A DNA stretch of 64,000 bases from Diplonema japonicum. Taxonomy: Eukaryota; Protista; Euglenozoa: Diplonemea. The position numbers and the translations under genes are program-made. The notes beneath the pieces were generated by a model. That model saw only the letters and a list, made by a program, of their open reading frames with translations. It did no database searches and was not told where the DNA came from. The DNA lies in contig OZ025698.1 in NCBI GenBank assembly GCA_964019335.1, positions 434,001 through 498,000 on the forward strand. Direction: 5' to 3'. Shown piece by piece: positions 12,275-24,908 of the stretch; the first letter of the stretch is position 1; each line of letters begins with the position of its first letter.

Positions 12275-12408
12275 GGTGGTGGGGATAACATGGAAATATA
12301 AGAAGTACATCAGATGTGTTGTTCGCTGTTGACCTCCTCGTCGGTCATCACCGGTAGCGCCCGAGTGGAAGAACGTAACGCAGATGCTCAGGGTGACGAA
12401 CAGGCAGC
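12275..12408 (+). ncRNA. HDV-like self-cleaving ribozyme
   Basis: Full double pseudoknot built by hand. P1 GGTGGTG 12275-81 / CATCACC 12346-52; P2 GCTGTTG 12325-31 / CAGGCAGC 12401-08; P3 ACC/GGT; L3 TCCTCGTC; P1.1 CC/GG 12353-54; P4 CGCCC-GAGT / GCTC-A-GGGTG; J4/2 A-C(12397)-GAA. Confidence 0.8.
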
Positions 12409-12959
12409 AAACTGCACGAGCGCAGAATCTTGGTTACCCGGGACGCCCCGGCTAGGGTTGAGCACACCGCACGCATTAAGGACACGACGCGGAACGCAGA
12501 AGAAGCTACTGCTCGGCCGAGGAGCGCCCCCTGTAATCAAGTAGGTAGTTCGTGCTTCATTGCACGCTTAACGCCACCTAGTGTTGCAATCAAAGCCCAA
12601 ATTTTTTTTCTTTTTTTTTTTTTTTTTTGGAAAAAAAAAATGTCGGACAAAAAGAAAAAAAAGAAAAAAAAAAAAGCCCAGACATTTTGTTTTCTTTTTT
12701 TTTTTTTGTCTACATGGAGAGGGGGGAAAAAAAAATGTTCTCTGTAACTCTAACACCCCCCCCTCCCCTCTATATAAATTCAGGATTTTGTGATTCTTTT
12801 TTTTTTTTTTTTTCCAGTTTTCTTCTTTCGTTTGTTTTCTCCCTTGCTTACGTCCTTACAAGAAGAAAAAAAAAACCGTATCGATCCAAAAAGAGGGAGA
12901 GGGCGGGAGAGGGGAAAGGGAGGGGCGGGCGGGGGGGGGGGGGGGGGGGGAGTGACACC

Positions 12960-15900
12960 ATGTCAAGGGCACGGGCTGAGTCCATAGTAAATGCCGCGAA
13001 CAGCTCGGGAGACGGCGGAGAGGCAGCAGAGTCGCTCCAACGATGTCTAGTATTCTGCAGACTGAGACCAACGAAAGCCCTGGACAGTATAGGCCAGGAC
13101 GGAATCTACAAGCTAGTGGACCTACACAAGGGCAAGGTCAAAGTAGACGGCGAAAAAGAATACAATTTCGACGGTACATTCAACCCTGACTGCACACAAG
13201 AAGATATCTTCCAAGACGTAGCAAAGCCCTCCATAGAACACGTTTTGAAGGGCTACACAGCAGCTATCATGGCCTACGGACAGACCGGTACCGGGAAATC
13301 CTTCACAATGTCGCACACCGCACCAGGGTACGAGGGCATCATCCCACGGTCCGCAGGCTACCTCTTCGACTTGATCGAGAAAACCACTTCGAAAAAATTT
13401 ACTTTAACAGCGAACTTTGTCCAGATCTACCGTGACACCCTGTCGGACCTTATGCAAGAAAAGGGTGAGAAAGTCGACGTCAGATTCGATCAAAAAAAAG
13501 GTGTGGAGATCGTGAATTGTACTCTTGTTGATGTTCAGAACAAACAAGCTTTCTTAGACATGTACAGTGAAGGCGATGCAAGAAGAATAGTCCGGCCGAC
13601 AAACATGAACCCGGAATCGTCACGTGGTCACACTGCTCTTGTGCTGTACGTGCGTAGCGAACCTACGGATCCTGGTGATATTTCTAAACCGACGGAGGGG
13701 AAGATAACATTTATCGATCTGGCTGGTTACGAGCGCTTCGACAAAACTGGTGTGAAGGACCCCATTCATAAGGACGAGGCGAAGAAAATCAACGCGTCGC
13801 TGCTGTCGTTGGGCCACGTTGTCACGGCTCTTTCGAACGGGGAGAAGTTCATACCGTGGAGGAACTCAAAGCTCACCCGTTTGCTGCAGGATTCCATCGG
13901 CGGGAAAAGCCGGAGCACCATCGTTATCACCATAGGACCCGCTTCATCAAGTTTGCACGAAACAACCAATTCCCTCGACTTCGGAAATCGAGCAATGGCT
14001 GTTAAGGTGTCCGCCAAGGTTGAACAAGACATCGATTACCAAAAACTAGCAGCAAAGCTTGAACTTCTCCTCAGCGAGAAAGACGAACGGATCAACAAAT
14101 TAGAACTCGCGGAAAAAACCCGTGAGATGGAGAGAATGGACAGGGAACGACGATTCAAAAACGATATGTCGAGGCTCAGAACACGCCACACCGGCGAACT
14201 GAACCAGCTGATGCAAGAAGGCGCGACAACGGAAAGAATCCAAGCTCTTTTAAAACAGCATGAAGTAGAGGATCAAAACCTTCAAGAAGAGCAGTCTATG
14301 GAACGACAAATAGAAGAAGAAGACTTCCAACAGGAAGAACGAGAGATTGTTTCAGAAATCGAGCAACAACACAGGGTCAGAGCACAATCCATGAAGCGAG
14401 AAGGAACCGAGTCGAAACAACGAGAACTCGATGCCGCGTACGCTCTCATCGCTAAGCTACGTGGAGGCGACGAGTCAACCGTCGGCGACATAGCTACTGA
14501 AATATCACAGATGGCCGGCACGCCAGCACCAGACGGTGAAGAGCTTGCTAGCCCGAAGACTGTTACCACCGCCGAGGTCGCCATTTTGAAACGAGAATTG
14601 GAAGAGCTGAAAAAGGAAACCGAAGGGAAAGAATCCAAAGCTAAGGAAACCATCGACAAGGTTAAAACCGCACACCAAAAATGCGTCGTTCTACTGAAGG
14701 AACAAAAAGAAAAAAACAAAAAACTAATCGAAGAGTCTGTTAACGTAGAAGAGTTGGAACGACTGACCGGGGAGTGCGAAGGGCTAAAAAGTGCGAAACA
14801 AGAAGCCACCGCTTTGCGGGAGGAAACAGAGGACAAACTCCTCCAAGCAACCTCAAGCCTAAATAGTGCAAAATCCGAGTGTGAAAAACTCCAGCAGGAA
14901 TCTAAGAAAAGCGCTGCGATGCTTGAAGAACTGCAAGGTGCCAAGGAGGCCCTGGAAGGCAAGATCACAGTGCTCGAGAGCGAAAAGCTTGAAATCGAGG
15001 AAGAGTTCAACAGAAAAGACAGGGACCGAGAAGCTTCAAAGGAGGAGGAGAGTACCGCAACGTCTGGCAGAATTCAAGAACTCGAGGAGCAGATAGCTGC
15101 ACTTAAACAGCAGGTATTGAAGTGAGGGAGAAAAAAAAAGAAGGGGGAAAAATAGGTCGCCAGTCTAGAATCAGCGTTGGAGGAAATGAAAGCTGCCAAA
15201 GAAGGTATTTTTTTTTTTTTTTTTTTCCCCACCTCCCGATTCTTTTTTTTTTTTATCTTTCACCCCCCCCTCTCCCCCTCTTCTTTTTCAAATTTGGGAA
15301 GAAACAAGAATTTTGCCGACACTCTATCATTTTTTTTTTCTTTTTCCCGAACAGAATTAGATTCTGTAATTAAACAAGCTGAAGAGAACGTGGAAAGGTT
15401 GGAGGGAGAAGTCTTAACAAAGGACGGGGAGCTCGCAGCGTGCAGAGGAGAGCTCGAAGAAGAAAAAGAAAGCAAGAAGAAACGTGAGAGGGAGCTGGAA
15501 AAAGCGGTCGAAATATGCAGGGACGAAACCCGCGCACAGGCAAAGACCTTGCAGCAAGAGGTATGGAAAAAAAAAAAAAAAAAAAAAACTCTTTTGCCCA
15601 GATCGAAGACACGCAAGCGACCACATCTCTCGAAGTAAGCGGCTTCAAGGATAAAATAGCCGAGCTTACACAAAAGCTTGAAGATAGTGTCACTGGTATG
15701 GGAAACTTTTTTTTTTTGTCCTGTTCCCCCCCACTCCCCCCCCCCCCCCCCCCCCAATTACCTTGAATCAAAAAAGAATTTCCGGGCCCTGTGAAAGATT
15801 CCCCCCCCTCACCCCTGTTTTTTCAATTTCAAAACAAAAAAAAATTTTTACTCATAGAACTCCAACGTTGTGCTAAGGACCACGCGTCTGCCAACGAATC

Positions 15901-18900
15901 CTGGACTGTGAAGGAAGCAGGCATTGCGGCGCAGCTGGTTGAGTCTGCATTGGAGCTTAAAAAAGTCGAGGGGGACAAAGAAGCCCTGCAACACCAGCTG
16001 GAAGATGCCAATGCGAAAATCGCAGCACTCCAACTGGACGGCAGCGACAAGGAAGCTGCCCTCTCATCGAGAATTGAAGAAAAAACTGAGGCGTGCGATG
16101 CACTGAGGGAGCAGCTACAAGCTGCAAACGACCAGCTGTCATCAAAAACCGCAGGTATCCCAAGAAGAAAAGAAAAGAAAAAAAAAAAAAAGTCCCTTTT
16201 CCCCAGGGCATTTCCCTCACTCTCCCCCAAAGAAATCTCTTTTTTTTTTCTGTCTTTGTGCCTACCACCACACCTCTAAAGAGTCGCTTGCCGCGGCTAC
16301 TGAGCTTGCAGCCCTCAACGCCCAGCACAGTGAGCAGCATGACACACTATTGGCCTCGCAAGCCAAAGAGAAGGAACAACACAGCCAGATAGAAACCCTG
16401 CAAGCTCAGAACGAGGAGCTGACCTCGAAAGTGGCATCCCTCGAAACAGCAGGCGACGACAGCAGCGAGAGGGAAAAGCTCCTGAAGGACGAACAAAGCA
16501 GCCTCCAATCCCAACTAGAAGAAGCAAAAGCCCAACTAGAAGAGCTGTCCAAAGCCCTCGACCAGACAAAAACGCAACTGGAGGAACACCTCCAGAAAAT
16601 CCAATCCCTTGAAGGGGAACGAGACGGGCTGAACGAAGCCCACGGCGAGAAAAGCAAAGAAGCCGAAGAACTCCAAGCAAAGATAGCCTCACTGGAAGGG
16701 GAACGAGAAGGCTTGATGGGGTCGTATGAGGACCAAGGAAAGGAACTTCTCACTGCTCAAGGTGAGGTGGAGAAGAAAACAACGGAGATAACCGATTTGG
16801 AGGAGAAGCTGAATACTGTGCAGCGGGAGCTGGAAGTGGAACGGGAAAACAGCAAGTCGCGTGACGAGGAGCACGATGCCTCTGCCAACACGCTGTCAGA
16901 GACGGTGGCTGATCTTACGAAGCAGGTGACGACTCTCCAGGAGGAGAAGGTGGAGGCGGAGGCCCAGGCCGCAACGCGTGAGGCAAGCTTGAACGAAGCA
17001 AAACAAGGTGGGGTGGGTGGGCTGCTACACACGAAACACAAACCTCAGACATCGCCTCTCTTGAAGAACGCCTCAAGTCCGCGACTACCGAGACAGAGAC
17101 GCTGGCTGCTGAGAACAGGTGTTCCCTTCAGAAAAAAAAAAACAAAAAAAAAACGACTTAACACCCCTATAGCACGCTAAGCAGCCAGCTATCTGAACAG
17201 AAGCTACAAGGTGAGACCCTTACAGCTCTGGTCTCATCACTACAAGCGGCGGGTGACGACAGTGGTGAGAGGGAAAAGGTGCTGACGGGGGAAACCGACC
17301 GTTTGAACGAACAGCTTACTGAAACAAAGACGCAGCTCGAAGAACTGACCAAGGAAATGGACAACACCAAGGCGCAGCTCGAAGAACGAAATGAAAAGAT
17401 CCAATCCCTTGAAGGGGAACGAGACGGGCTGAACGAAGCCCACGGCGAGAAAAGCAAAGAAGCCGAAGAACTCCAAGCAAAAATAGCCTCACTGGAAGGG
17501 GAACGAGAAGGCTTGATGGGGTCGTATGAGGACCAAGGAAAGGAACTTCTCACTGCTCAAGGTGAGGTGGAGGAAGGGAAGAAAACGATCAGCAACCTGG
17601 AGGAGAAGGTTGTGAGCCTCGAGGCTGCTGGCGACGACGCAGGGGAAAAGAAAAGGTGTCGTAGCACTTTTCAGATTTTTCCAAAAAAAAAAAAAAATTC
17701 TTTTTTAAAAAAAGGCTGCAAGATGAGGAAATTGGTGCACTGCAGATCAGTTTGCAAGAAGAGGGTGAAAAGTCAAAGAGGCTCTGCGAAGGTTTCGTCA
17801 CCCTTTTTTTTTCGGACCCCTCCCCCCCCTCCCTACCAAGTCTCCTTTCCTTTTTCTTTTTAACACAAACACAACAGAGCTCGAAGCACTGAATGCAAAA
17901 CTCACGGAAGAAGGAGTCCTGCACGCTGCCGCAGTGACTGCCAGCAGCGGCAAGGAATCCGAGCTTCAAAAAGGTATTAGAAAAAAAGATTTCTTTCGAT
18001 ACAAAGAAATTTTTTCCCCCCTCCACACGCAGAGCTTAGCGAGCTTCAGACAGAACTCAACAATCGGGAATCCAGCATCAAGGATCTTGAGGCCAAAAAC
18101 GAAGAGACAGAGCAGCAACTCGCCGAGGCGAACGAGGGTACTGGAAAAAGAAAAAAAAAGCCCCCTCCCCCCCCCCCCCCCCACCTTTTCGCGTGTATTC
18201 CCCCCGTTGCTTTTGACCTTTTGAAGCACGTTTTACTTTTCCTTTTTTTGGGAAAGAAAATAAAACAACTCCACCACCAATGACCACCTCCCTCCTCCCT
18301 TTCCCCGTACAGCTGCAGCAAAGCTCTCTTCTGAATCTGACGACAAATCCACAAAGATCGCAGAGCAAGCGAGGTATCCCCCGCAACGCCCAGCACCTAC
18401 ACACAGTGCCAATGAGGAACTCGCTTCACGAGTGGCATCCCTCGAAACAGCAGGCGACGACAGCAGCGAGAGGGAAAAGCTTCTGTCCGGTGAAAAAACC
18501 CGTCTTGAAGAAGAGCTCCAAACACTCAAAACGCAGCTTGAGGAACAAGGTGAAAAGATCCAATCCCTTGAAGGGGAACGAGACGGGCTGAACGAAGCCC
18601 ACGGCGAGAAAAGCAAAGAAGCCGAAGAACTCCAAGCAAAGATAGCCTCACTGGAAGGGGAACGAGAAGGCTTGATGGGGTCGTATGAGGACCAAGGAAA
18701 GGAACTTCTCACTGCTCAAGGTGAGGTGGAGGAGGCGAAGAAAACGATCGTTGAATTGGAGGAGAAGGTAGCCGCTGCTGCAGTCTCGGCGGTTGCTCTT
18801 GCAGCAGGCGCGAGCGAACTAGAAGAGGCGAAGCAAGCGCAGGCCGAAGCAGATGACAAGGCGAAGCAGGAACTGGGCGAAAAAGTTGAAACCCTGCAAA

Positions 18901-20483
18901 AAGAGGCCAGCGACTTACAAGAAAAGATAAAGTCCCTCGAAACAGCAGGCGACGACAGCAGCGAGAGGGAAAAGCTCCTCAAAACCGAGAAAGACCGTCT
19001 TGAGGCAGAGCTACAGGCAGCACAATCCCAACTAGAAGAAGCGAAAGCCCAACTAGAAGAGCTGTCCAAAGCCCTCGACCAGACAAAAACGCAACTGGAG
19101 GAACACCTCCAGAAAATCCAATCCCTTGAAGGGGAACGAGACGGGCTGAACGAAGCCCACGGCGAGAAAAGCAAAGAAGCCGAAGAACTCCAAGCAAAGA
19201 TAGCCTCACTGGAAGGGGAACGAGAAGGCTTGATGGGGTCGTATGAGGACCAAGGAAAGGAACTTCTCACTGCTCAAGGTGAGGTGGAGAAGAAAACAAC
19301 GGAGATAACCGATTTGGAGGAGAAGCTGAATACTGTGCAGCGGGAGCTGGAAGTGGAACGGGAAAACAGCAAGTCGCGTGACGAGGAGCACGATGCCTCT
19401 GCCAACACGCTGTCAGAGACGGTGGCTGATCTTACGAAGCAGGTGACGACTCTCCAGGAGGAGAAGGTGGAGATGCAAACCACTATTGAAACCTTGCAAA
19501 CTCAGAATGAGGAGCTGACCTCGAAAGTGGCATCCCTCGAAGCAGCAGGCGACGACGGCAGCGAAAGGGAAAAGCTCCTGAGGGACGAGCGAGACATCCT
19601 CCAGTCTCAATTCAATGAAACAAAACTCCAGCTCGAGGAAATGACCAAAGAAGCCGGCCGCCAAGACGAAGAACTCAAGGCAGCACAAGCCCGACAGGAA
19701 GAGGCAAATGCCCAGCTTGAGGGAATGAGCACAGAAACAACCCGCCTCGATGAGGAGCTCAAGACCCTCCAAGAGGAGATGGACGGCGTCAAGGCGCAGC
19801 TTGAAGAACGAAATGAAAAGATCCAATCCCTTGAAGGAGAACGAGACGGGCTGAACGAAGCCCACGGCGAGAAAAACAAAGAAGCCGAAGAACTCCAAGC
19901 AAAGATAGCCTCACTGGAAGGGGAACGAGAAGGCTTGATGGGGTCGTATGAGGACCAAGGAAAGGAACTTCTCACTGCTCAAGGTGAGGTGGAGGAGGCG
20001 AAGAAAACGATCGTTGAATTGGAGGAGAAGGTAGCCGCTGCTGCAGTCTCGGCGGTTGCTCTTGCAGCAGGCGCGAGCGAACTAGAAGAGGCGAAGCAAG
20101 CGCAGGCCGAAGCAGATGACAAGGCGAAGCAGGAACTGGGCGAAAAAGTTGAAACCCTGCAAAAAGAGGCCAGCGACTTACAAGAAAAGATAAAGTCCCT
20201 CGAAACAGCAGGCGACGACAGCAGCGAGAGGGAAAAGCTCCTCAAAACCGAGAAAGACCGTCTTGAGGCAGAGCTACAGGAGTCAGGCGAAGAACGCGAC
20301 AAGTTGACATCGGAGCTGGAGGAGAACCTGAAAAAAATGCAGGAAGCTGACCAAGAACAGGTATGCACCAGTATTTATGCCACAACTCACAGGCTGACCT
20401 GTCAAGCCGCATCGAAGACCTGAATGCAAAAGTGGCGGAAGCTGAGGCAGATACAGAGAGGCTCACCTCAGGCACGTCTTCCT

Positions 20484-20519
<36 letters not shown>

Positions 20520-23293
20520 CGAAAAAAGTTTTTCTTTTCCCGGAAATTTGTTGGTGAAAATGAAATCGATTTTTCTTTTCTTTTTCTTCCCAAACTCTCC
20601 CCCCCCCCCCCCTGTCCCCCCCTCCCCTCTCCATGTTCCCTTCCCACGCATGGCAAATGTAAACAACAAATAAACACAGAAATCGAAGAGGAGCGCGTTG
20701 TCTCCGGCGAGTTCATGGAGGAAGCCGAGAAGACGAAGCAGGAGTTTAATGAGTTCAAGGAGAAGACGTTGGAGCAGTTTGAAGAGCTGAAGGGCAACCA
20801 CGAGGAAGAAGAGCTGAAGCTCAAAGATTCCATCGAACAACTCGAGGATGAGCTCCAGAGCAGCACGCAGTACCAAGAGGCCCTCGAGACGAGGATCAAG
20901 GAGCTGGAGGAGCAGCTTTCCGCCCTCCAAGGCGACCTCACCCAAGAGAAAACCAAGGCACAGCTCGAAGCCGAAGAGCTTCGCAAAAAAACACAAGAAG
21001 AACGAAAGGTATTATTATCTACCATATAAAAAAAAAAATAATAATAATAATAATAATACAACCACAGTCCCGCGAAGAGGAGACAAAAAGGCTTCTCGAG
21101 AAGCAAAGCGAAGAGAAGGAGTCCCTCAAAGCCAAGATGGAGAAGGAACTGGAAGAGGAGAAAAAGAAAGTCGGAAAGGTTTTCAAGTACTCGTCAAAGG
21201 TCATATCGCAGCTCGTCAATGTGGGACAGCTAGCAACGCCCACGAACGCTCCGCAAATACTCCGCCCTCAAGAATTCCTTGCATCCCTCGACACAGAGGA
21301 GGTGAAGCAGTCTGTAAGATACAAGGTCATTTGCGTCGGTGCAAAACACACCGGAAAATCATCCATTCAAAAGTGTCTCTCACACGGTCCTGGCCTCTTC
21401 AAAAAAGCTCCCGAGGTTGTAAACCCAACGGTGTCGATGTCGGTGGTCGACTACACAGCCGTGGATAAGCACAGCAACAAGGGTTTCCTTGCAAAGAAAT
21501 CAACGACAAATACATACTTCCAAGTCTGGGACACACCTTGCGACACAAAATCCCTCAAGGCTCTGCCTGCGGGATGTCTTCCCATCACGGGCTGTTCATA
21601 CGTGTTATCGTACTTTGTAAACCACGAGTTTACGGCCGAGGCAAAGGGGATGGACGAGGTGCTGTACACAATCTACGCCAACTGCAGGGATCGTCTGGCA
21701 GCTCACGAAAAGATGAAGATCCCCCTTGTCATCATGGGAACCCGCAAGGATCTCCTCCCAAACAGCAAGGACAGCGGCGTGCTGCAAAAGAAGATCAGCG
21801 AGGTCAAAAAATGGTTCAGAGAACACCCCCTCCGCGAGAGGTTCACCATACTCGACGTCTACCTCGTCTCCTGCAAGGAATGGACTGTAATATCAGACAG
21901 CAGAGGGAAACAAGCTGTAACATCATTCAGCCAAGTTATGCACATGCTCGCAACGGAGTTACATAGAAAATGTCCGATCAACCCGCCGAGCTTACTTGAA
22001 GAAGACTTAACATACGGAGGCCGTGCTGGGATGGAATTGTCGGAATGGTGGGACCACAACCAAGAGGTTCGAAGCGAGAAGGAAAGAGTGCAAAAATCCG
22101 GATACAAAGGCTTGTTGTCCTTGCTCGTTCACATCTACCGTTTGAAAATGCGCGGGATATGGTTGCTTGGACACCAGGAGTTCGACGACATCTGCAGGGA
22201 ACACATCCCGCAGTACGTGGTGGAGGAGACACCAACCATCATTACAACGATCAGGAGAATGCTAATTGACAGGTCGCTGATCCTCCCCCTCCACGACCCG
22301 GAATTCGAGGATGAACGCGAAGGGGTCGTGGTCCTTGGCATCAGCGTCGTCACAGACTTCATCTCCTCACTAATGCTTCCCACTGTTTATCTGTCGCAGC
22401 TTGAGAATTACACCTCCGAGCGGCCCGGGTACCTCAAGACTACGATTAACAAACACATGGGGTTCAACGTTGAGGAGGTCTGGCGGCCTGACTGGGAGCT
22501 CCTCTTCGACGGCAGGATCTCCGCCACCGCCGCGCCATGTCTTTTAAAAAACTCGATCTCATTCAAAAAAGACCCTTCCTTGGGGAGATCGTTCCTAGGG
22601 TGCATGGGATGCTGTTTCAAGGTGAAAGAAAAGGATGAAATGATGGATTTCATGCCTGCCTTGGCCCTGCGTGCTCTGACACCCGATCTCGAATCCGCTT
22701 TGTTATCTGCTTTTACAAAACACGAAGGCGGGAAGACAGCGGCAACTCTGAAAACAGATGTGGTGACACCGTGGGAGGTAGTCGATATTCTTCGCGAGAT
22801 TCATGAGAAAGCCGATTGGTCATTGTTGTGGAGTAACGGAGCACTAGTTAAAATGAACGGGAAATGGGGATTTGTGAAGGTTGACAAGAATGTGTTGGCA
22901 TTGTGCTGTGCTGGGAAGCCGGAAAACTGCATTGCCGACGAGATGAAAAAACTTGTTGAGAAGTTTGTAACAAACCCCGTGTGGAAGGACGGGATGTCGT
23001 TAGAAGGCCTTCCTCGTCTGCTTCCTTCTGCGGCCGAGATGGTGGAATCGGCGGCTGATCTGTCATCTTATATTACTTCGCGTGATCAAGAGACACTCCG
23101 GGGCACTCCGTACCCTTCAAATATTCTTGAAGACGATACCTCAAGGACTAGAAACAAGCGACCTCCCTCAAAAACTCATTCCAGTTCTGCTCAAAAGGGA
23201 AAGCTTGACTCTAATAGGCTCTCCATGTTCGAGGAGCCAGATTCTCGAAATATGTCTAGATCGTCAATGAGTGACTCGGATACTGTGAACTAA
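12960..23293 (+). CDS. Very large kinesin: N-terminal motor, repetitive coiled-coil stalk, C-terminal Roc/small-GTPase-like domain (about 15 introns)
   Basis: Motor motifs AYGQTGTGKSFTM, NPESSRGH, FIDLAGYE, IPWRNSKLTRLLQDS. Exons join in frame through introns such as 15114-15155, 17008-17048, 18374-18406, 20361-20392, 20472-20679 and 21009-21067 into ORF 21137-23293. That ORF carries VICVGAKHTGKSS, VWDT and GTRKD. Confidence 0.75.
16599..20280 (+). repeat. Intragenic near-identical coding repeats in the kinesin stalk
   Basis: A ~174-nt module (IQSLEGERDGLNEAHGEK...ELLTAQGEVE) starts at 16599, 17399, 18558, 19116 and 19821. Longer blocks ~16505-16955 / ~19022-19472 and ~18552-19020 / ~19815-20280 are duplicated. 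Confidence 0.9.
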
Positions 23294-24013
23294 GAGAGAG
23301 GGGAGAGGGGGGAGAGGAAAAAGAAAAAAGAAAAAAAAAAGAAAAGACGACAAACTTCAGTTCATTCTGCTAGTTTTTAGCAGCAAGAAAGAAAAGGGGG
23401 AAAGAAAAAAAAAAGTTTTTTGTTTTTTTTTTTTGTTTTTGCCATATAACCTTCTCTATTTTTTTTTTTCCTTCTTTTTGGTGCGCCCCCTCAAAAGAAA
23501 GAAAGAAAGAAGAAGGGAAAAAAAAATATAGGAATTGAACTTGGGGGGGGATTGTGATGTGTTTATTATGTCCCTCCGATTTTCAAAAAAAAAAAAAAAA
23601 AATCCAAAGAAAAAGAAATGAGATGAAGTAAAAAAAAAAAAAAAAAAAAAAGAGAGAGAAAAAATCAGGTTTTCAATTTATTTTTTCCCCATTTTATTTT
23701 TTTTTGAAGGAAAAAAAAATTATTCTTTATAACTGTACAGTTTGCCCCCCCCCCCCCCCCCCCCCATCCGCTTTCACCCACTCCCTCTCTCCTTTACCCT
23801 GCAATTATTCCGTTTCTTTCAAAAAGAGAAAAAAAATAGTCCTATTTTCCTGCTTTTTTTTTTTGTTTATGCTGCATTTTTTTCTTCCAATTTTTCCACC
23901 CCTTCTCGCCTTATTTGGTTGCTGTCCCCTCCCCACTTTTTTTAAACTATAATTTTATCTTTCCCCACAACAACACATCACTACAAAAGAGAGAACACCG
24001 ACAAAAAAAAAAA

Positions 24014-24781
24014 ATGAACGCAGAGCTAATGGAAGCCATCCGCCTTAAAGCGAAAAAAAGGGACGAGAGACAAGCCGAGAGCAACGAGGCCATGGAGAGG
24101 GTTGACTGGGACCAGAACGTACAAGGGCTCAAGAGACGATTTCACAAAGCCTACAAGTACGTAATGAAAAGCAAAGGCGGTGGGGAGGGCACCGAAGTAA
24201 ATACAGACGGCGAAGGCGTCATCACTCTGAGACAGACAGACGACGCCATAGGAACAACTGTCTACACAGCCGCTGTACAGGCTGCAAGATTCATTGAAAC
24301 ACAAACCTGGAAAAACAAGAAATGTGTGGAGCTAGGAAGCGGAACAGGCATCGCTGGCATGGTAGCAGCATACATGGGTGCTGAGGTGGTCCTGACGGAC
24401 CTTGCAGGGCCGGTATTCGATAATCTGAAATACAATATCTCTCTTCTTCCCACGGACGTACAAGCTAGAATCACGACGCTCCCCCTTCATTGGGGAGAGA
24501 CCCTCCCGGTGCTGCCCTTCACCCCGAACTTCATCATCGCCATCGAAGTTATATACCAACAGGAGTTTGTGGCTCCTCTTGTGGCGACGCTTCAAGACCT
24601 GCTCCGTCTCAACCCTGCCCTTGACATTTTATGGGCACACGATCTTCGTGGCCGTCCTGGCGTCCCGCTCTTCAAAGACCTCACGAAAGATACCATAACC
24701 TTCTCCCCCATTCCGGGAGAGGAACTTTGTCCCGGGTACAATTGCAAAAACGTACTTATGTACAGGGGGAAATCGCCCTAG
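24014..24781 (+). CDS. METTL21-family (Methyltransf_16) protein lysine methyltransferase
   Basis: IGTTVYTAA, CVELGSGTGIAGM, VVLTDL, LHWGE and IIAIEVIY motifs. ATG follows an A run. Confidence 0.8.
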   Translation: MNAELMEAIRLKAKKRDERQAESNEAMERVDWDQNVQGLKRRFHKAYKYVMKSKGGGEGTEVNTDGEGVITLRQTDDAIGTTVYTAAVQAARFIETQTWKNKKCVELGSGTGIAGMVAAYMGAEVVLTDLAGPVFDNLKYNISLLPTDVQARITTLPLHWGETLPVLPFTPNFIIAIEVIYQQEFVAPLVATLQDLLRLNPALDILWAHDLRGRPGVPLFKDLTKDTITFSPIPGEELCPGYNCKNVLMYRGKSP

Positions 24782-24873
24782 CCCCGCCCAATTTTTTTTT
24801 TTTTTTTTTTTTTTCCCCTCCAAAACACGGAAAAAAAAAAAAAAAAAGAGAGAGAAAAAAAGAGGGGGCACAA

Positions 24874-24907
<34 letters not shown>

Positions 24908-24908
<1 letters not shown>

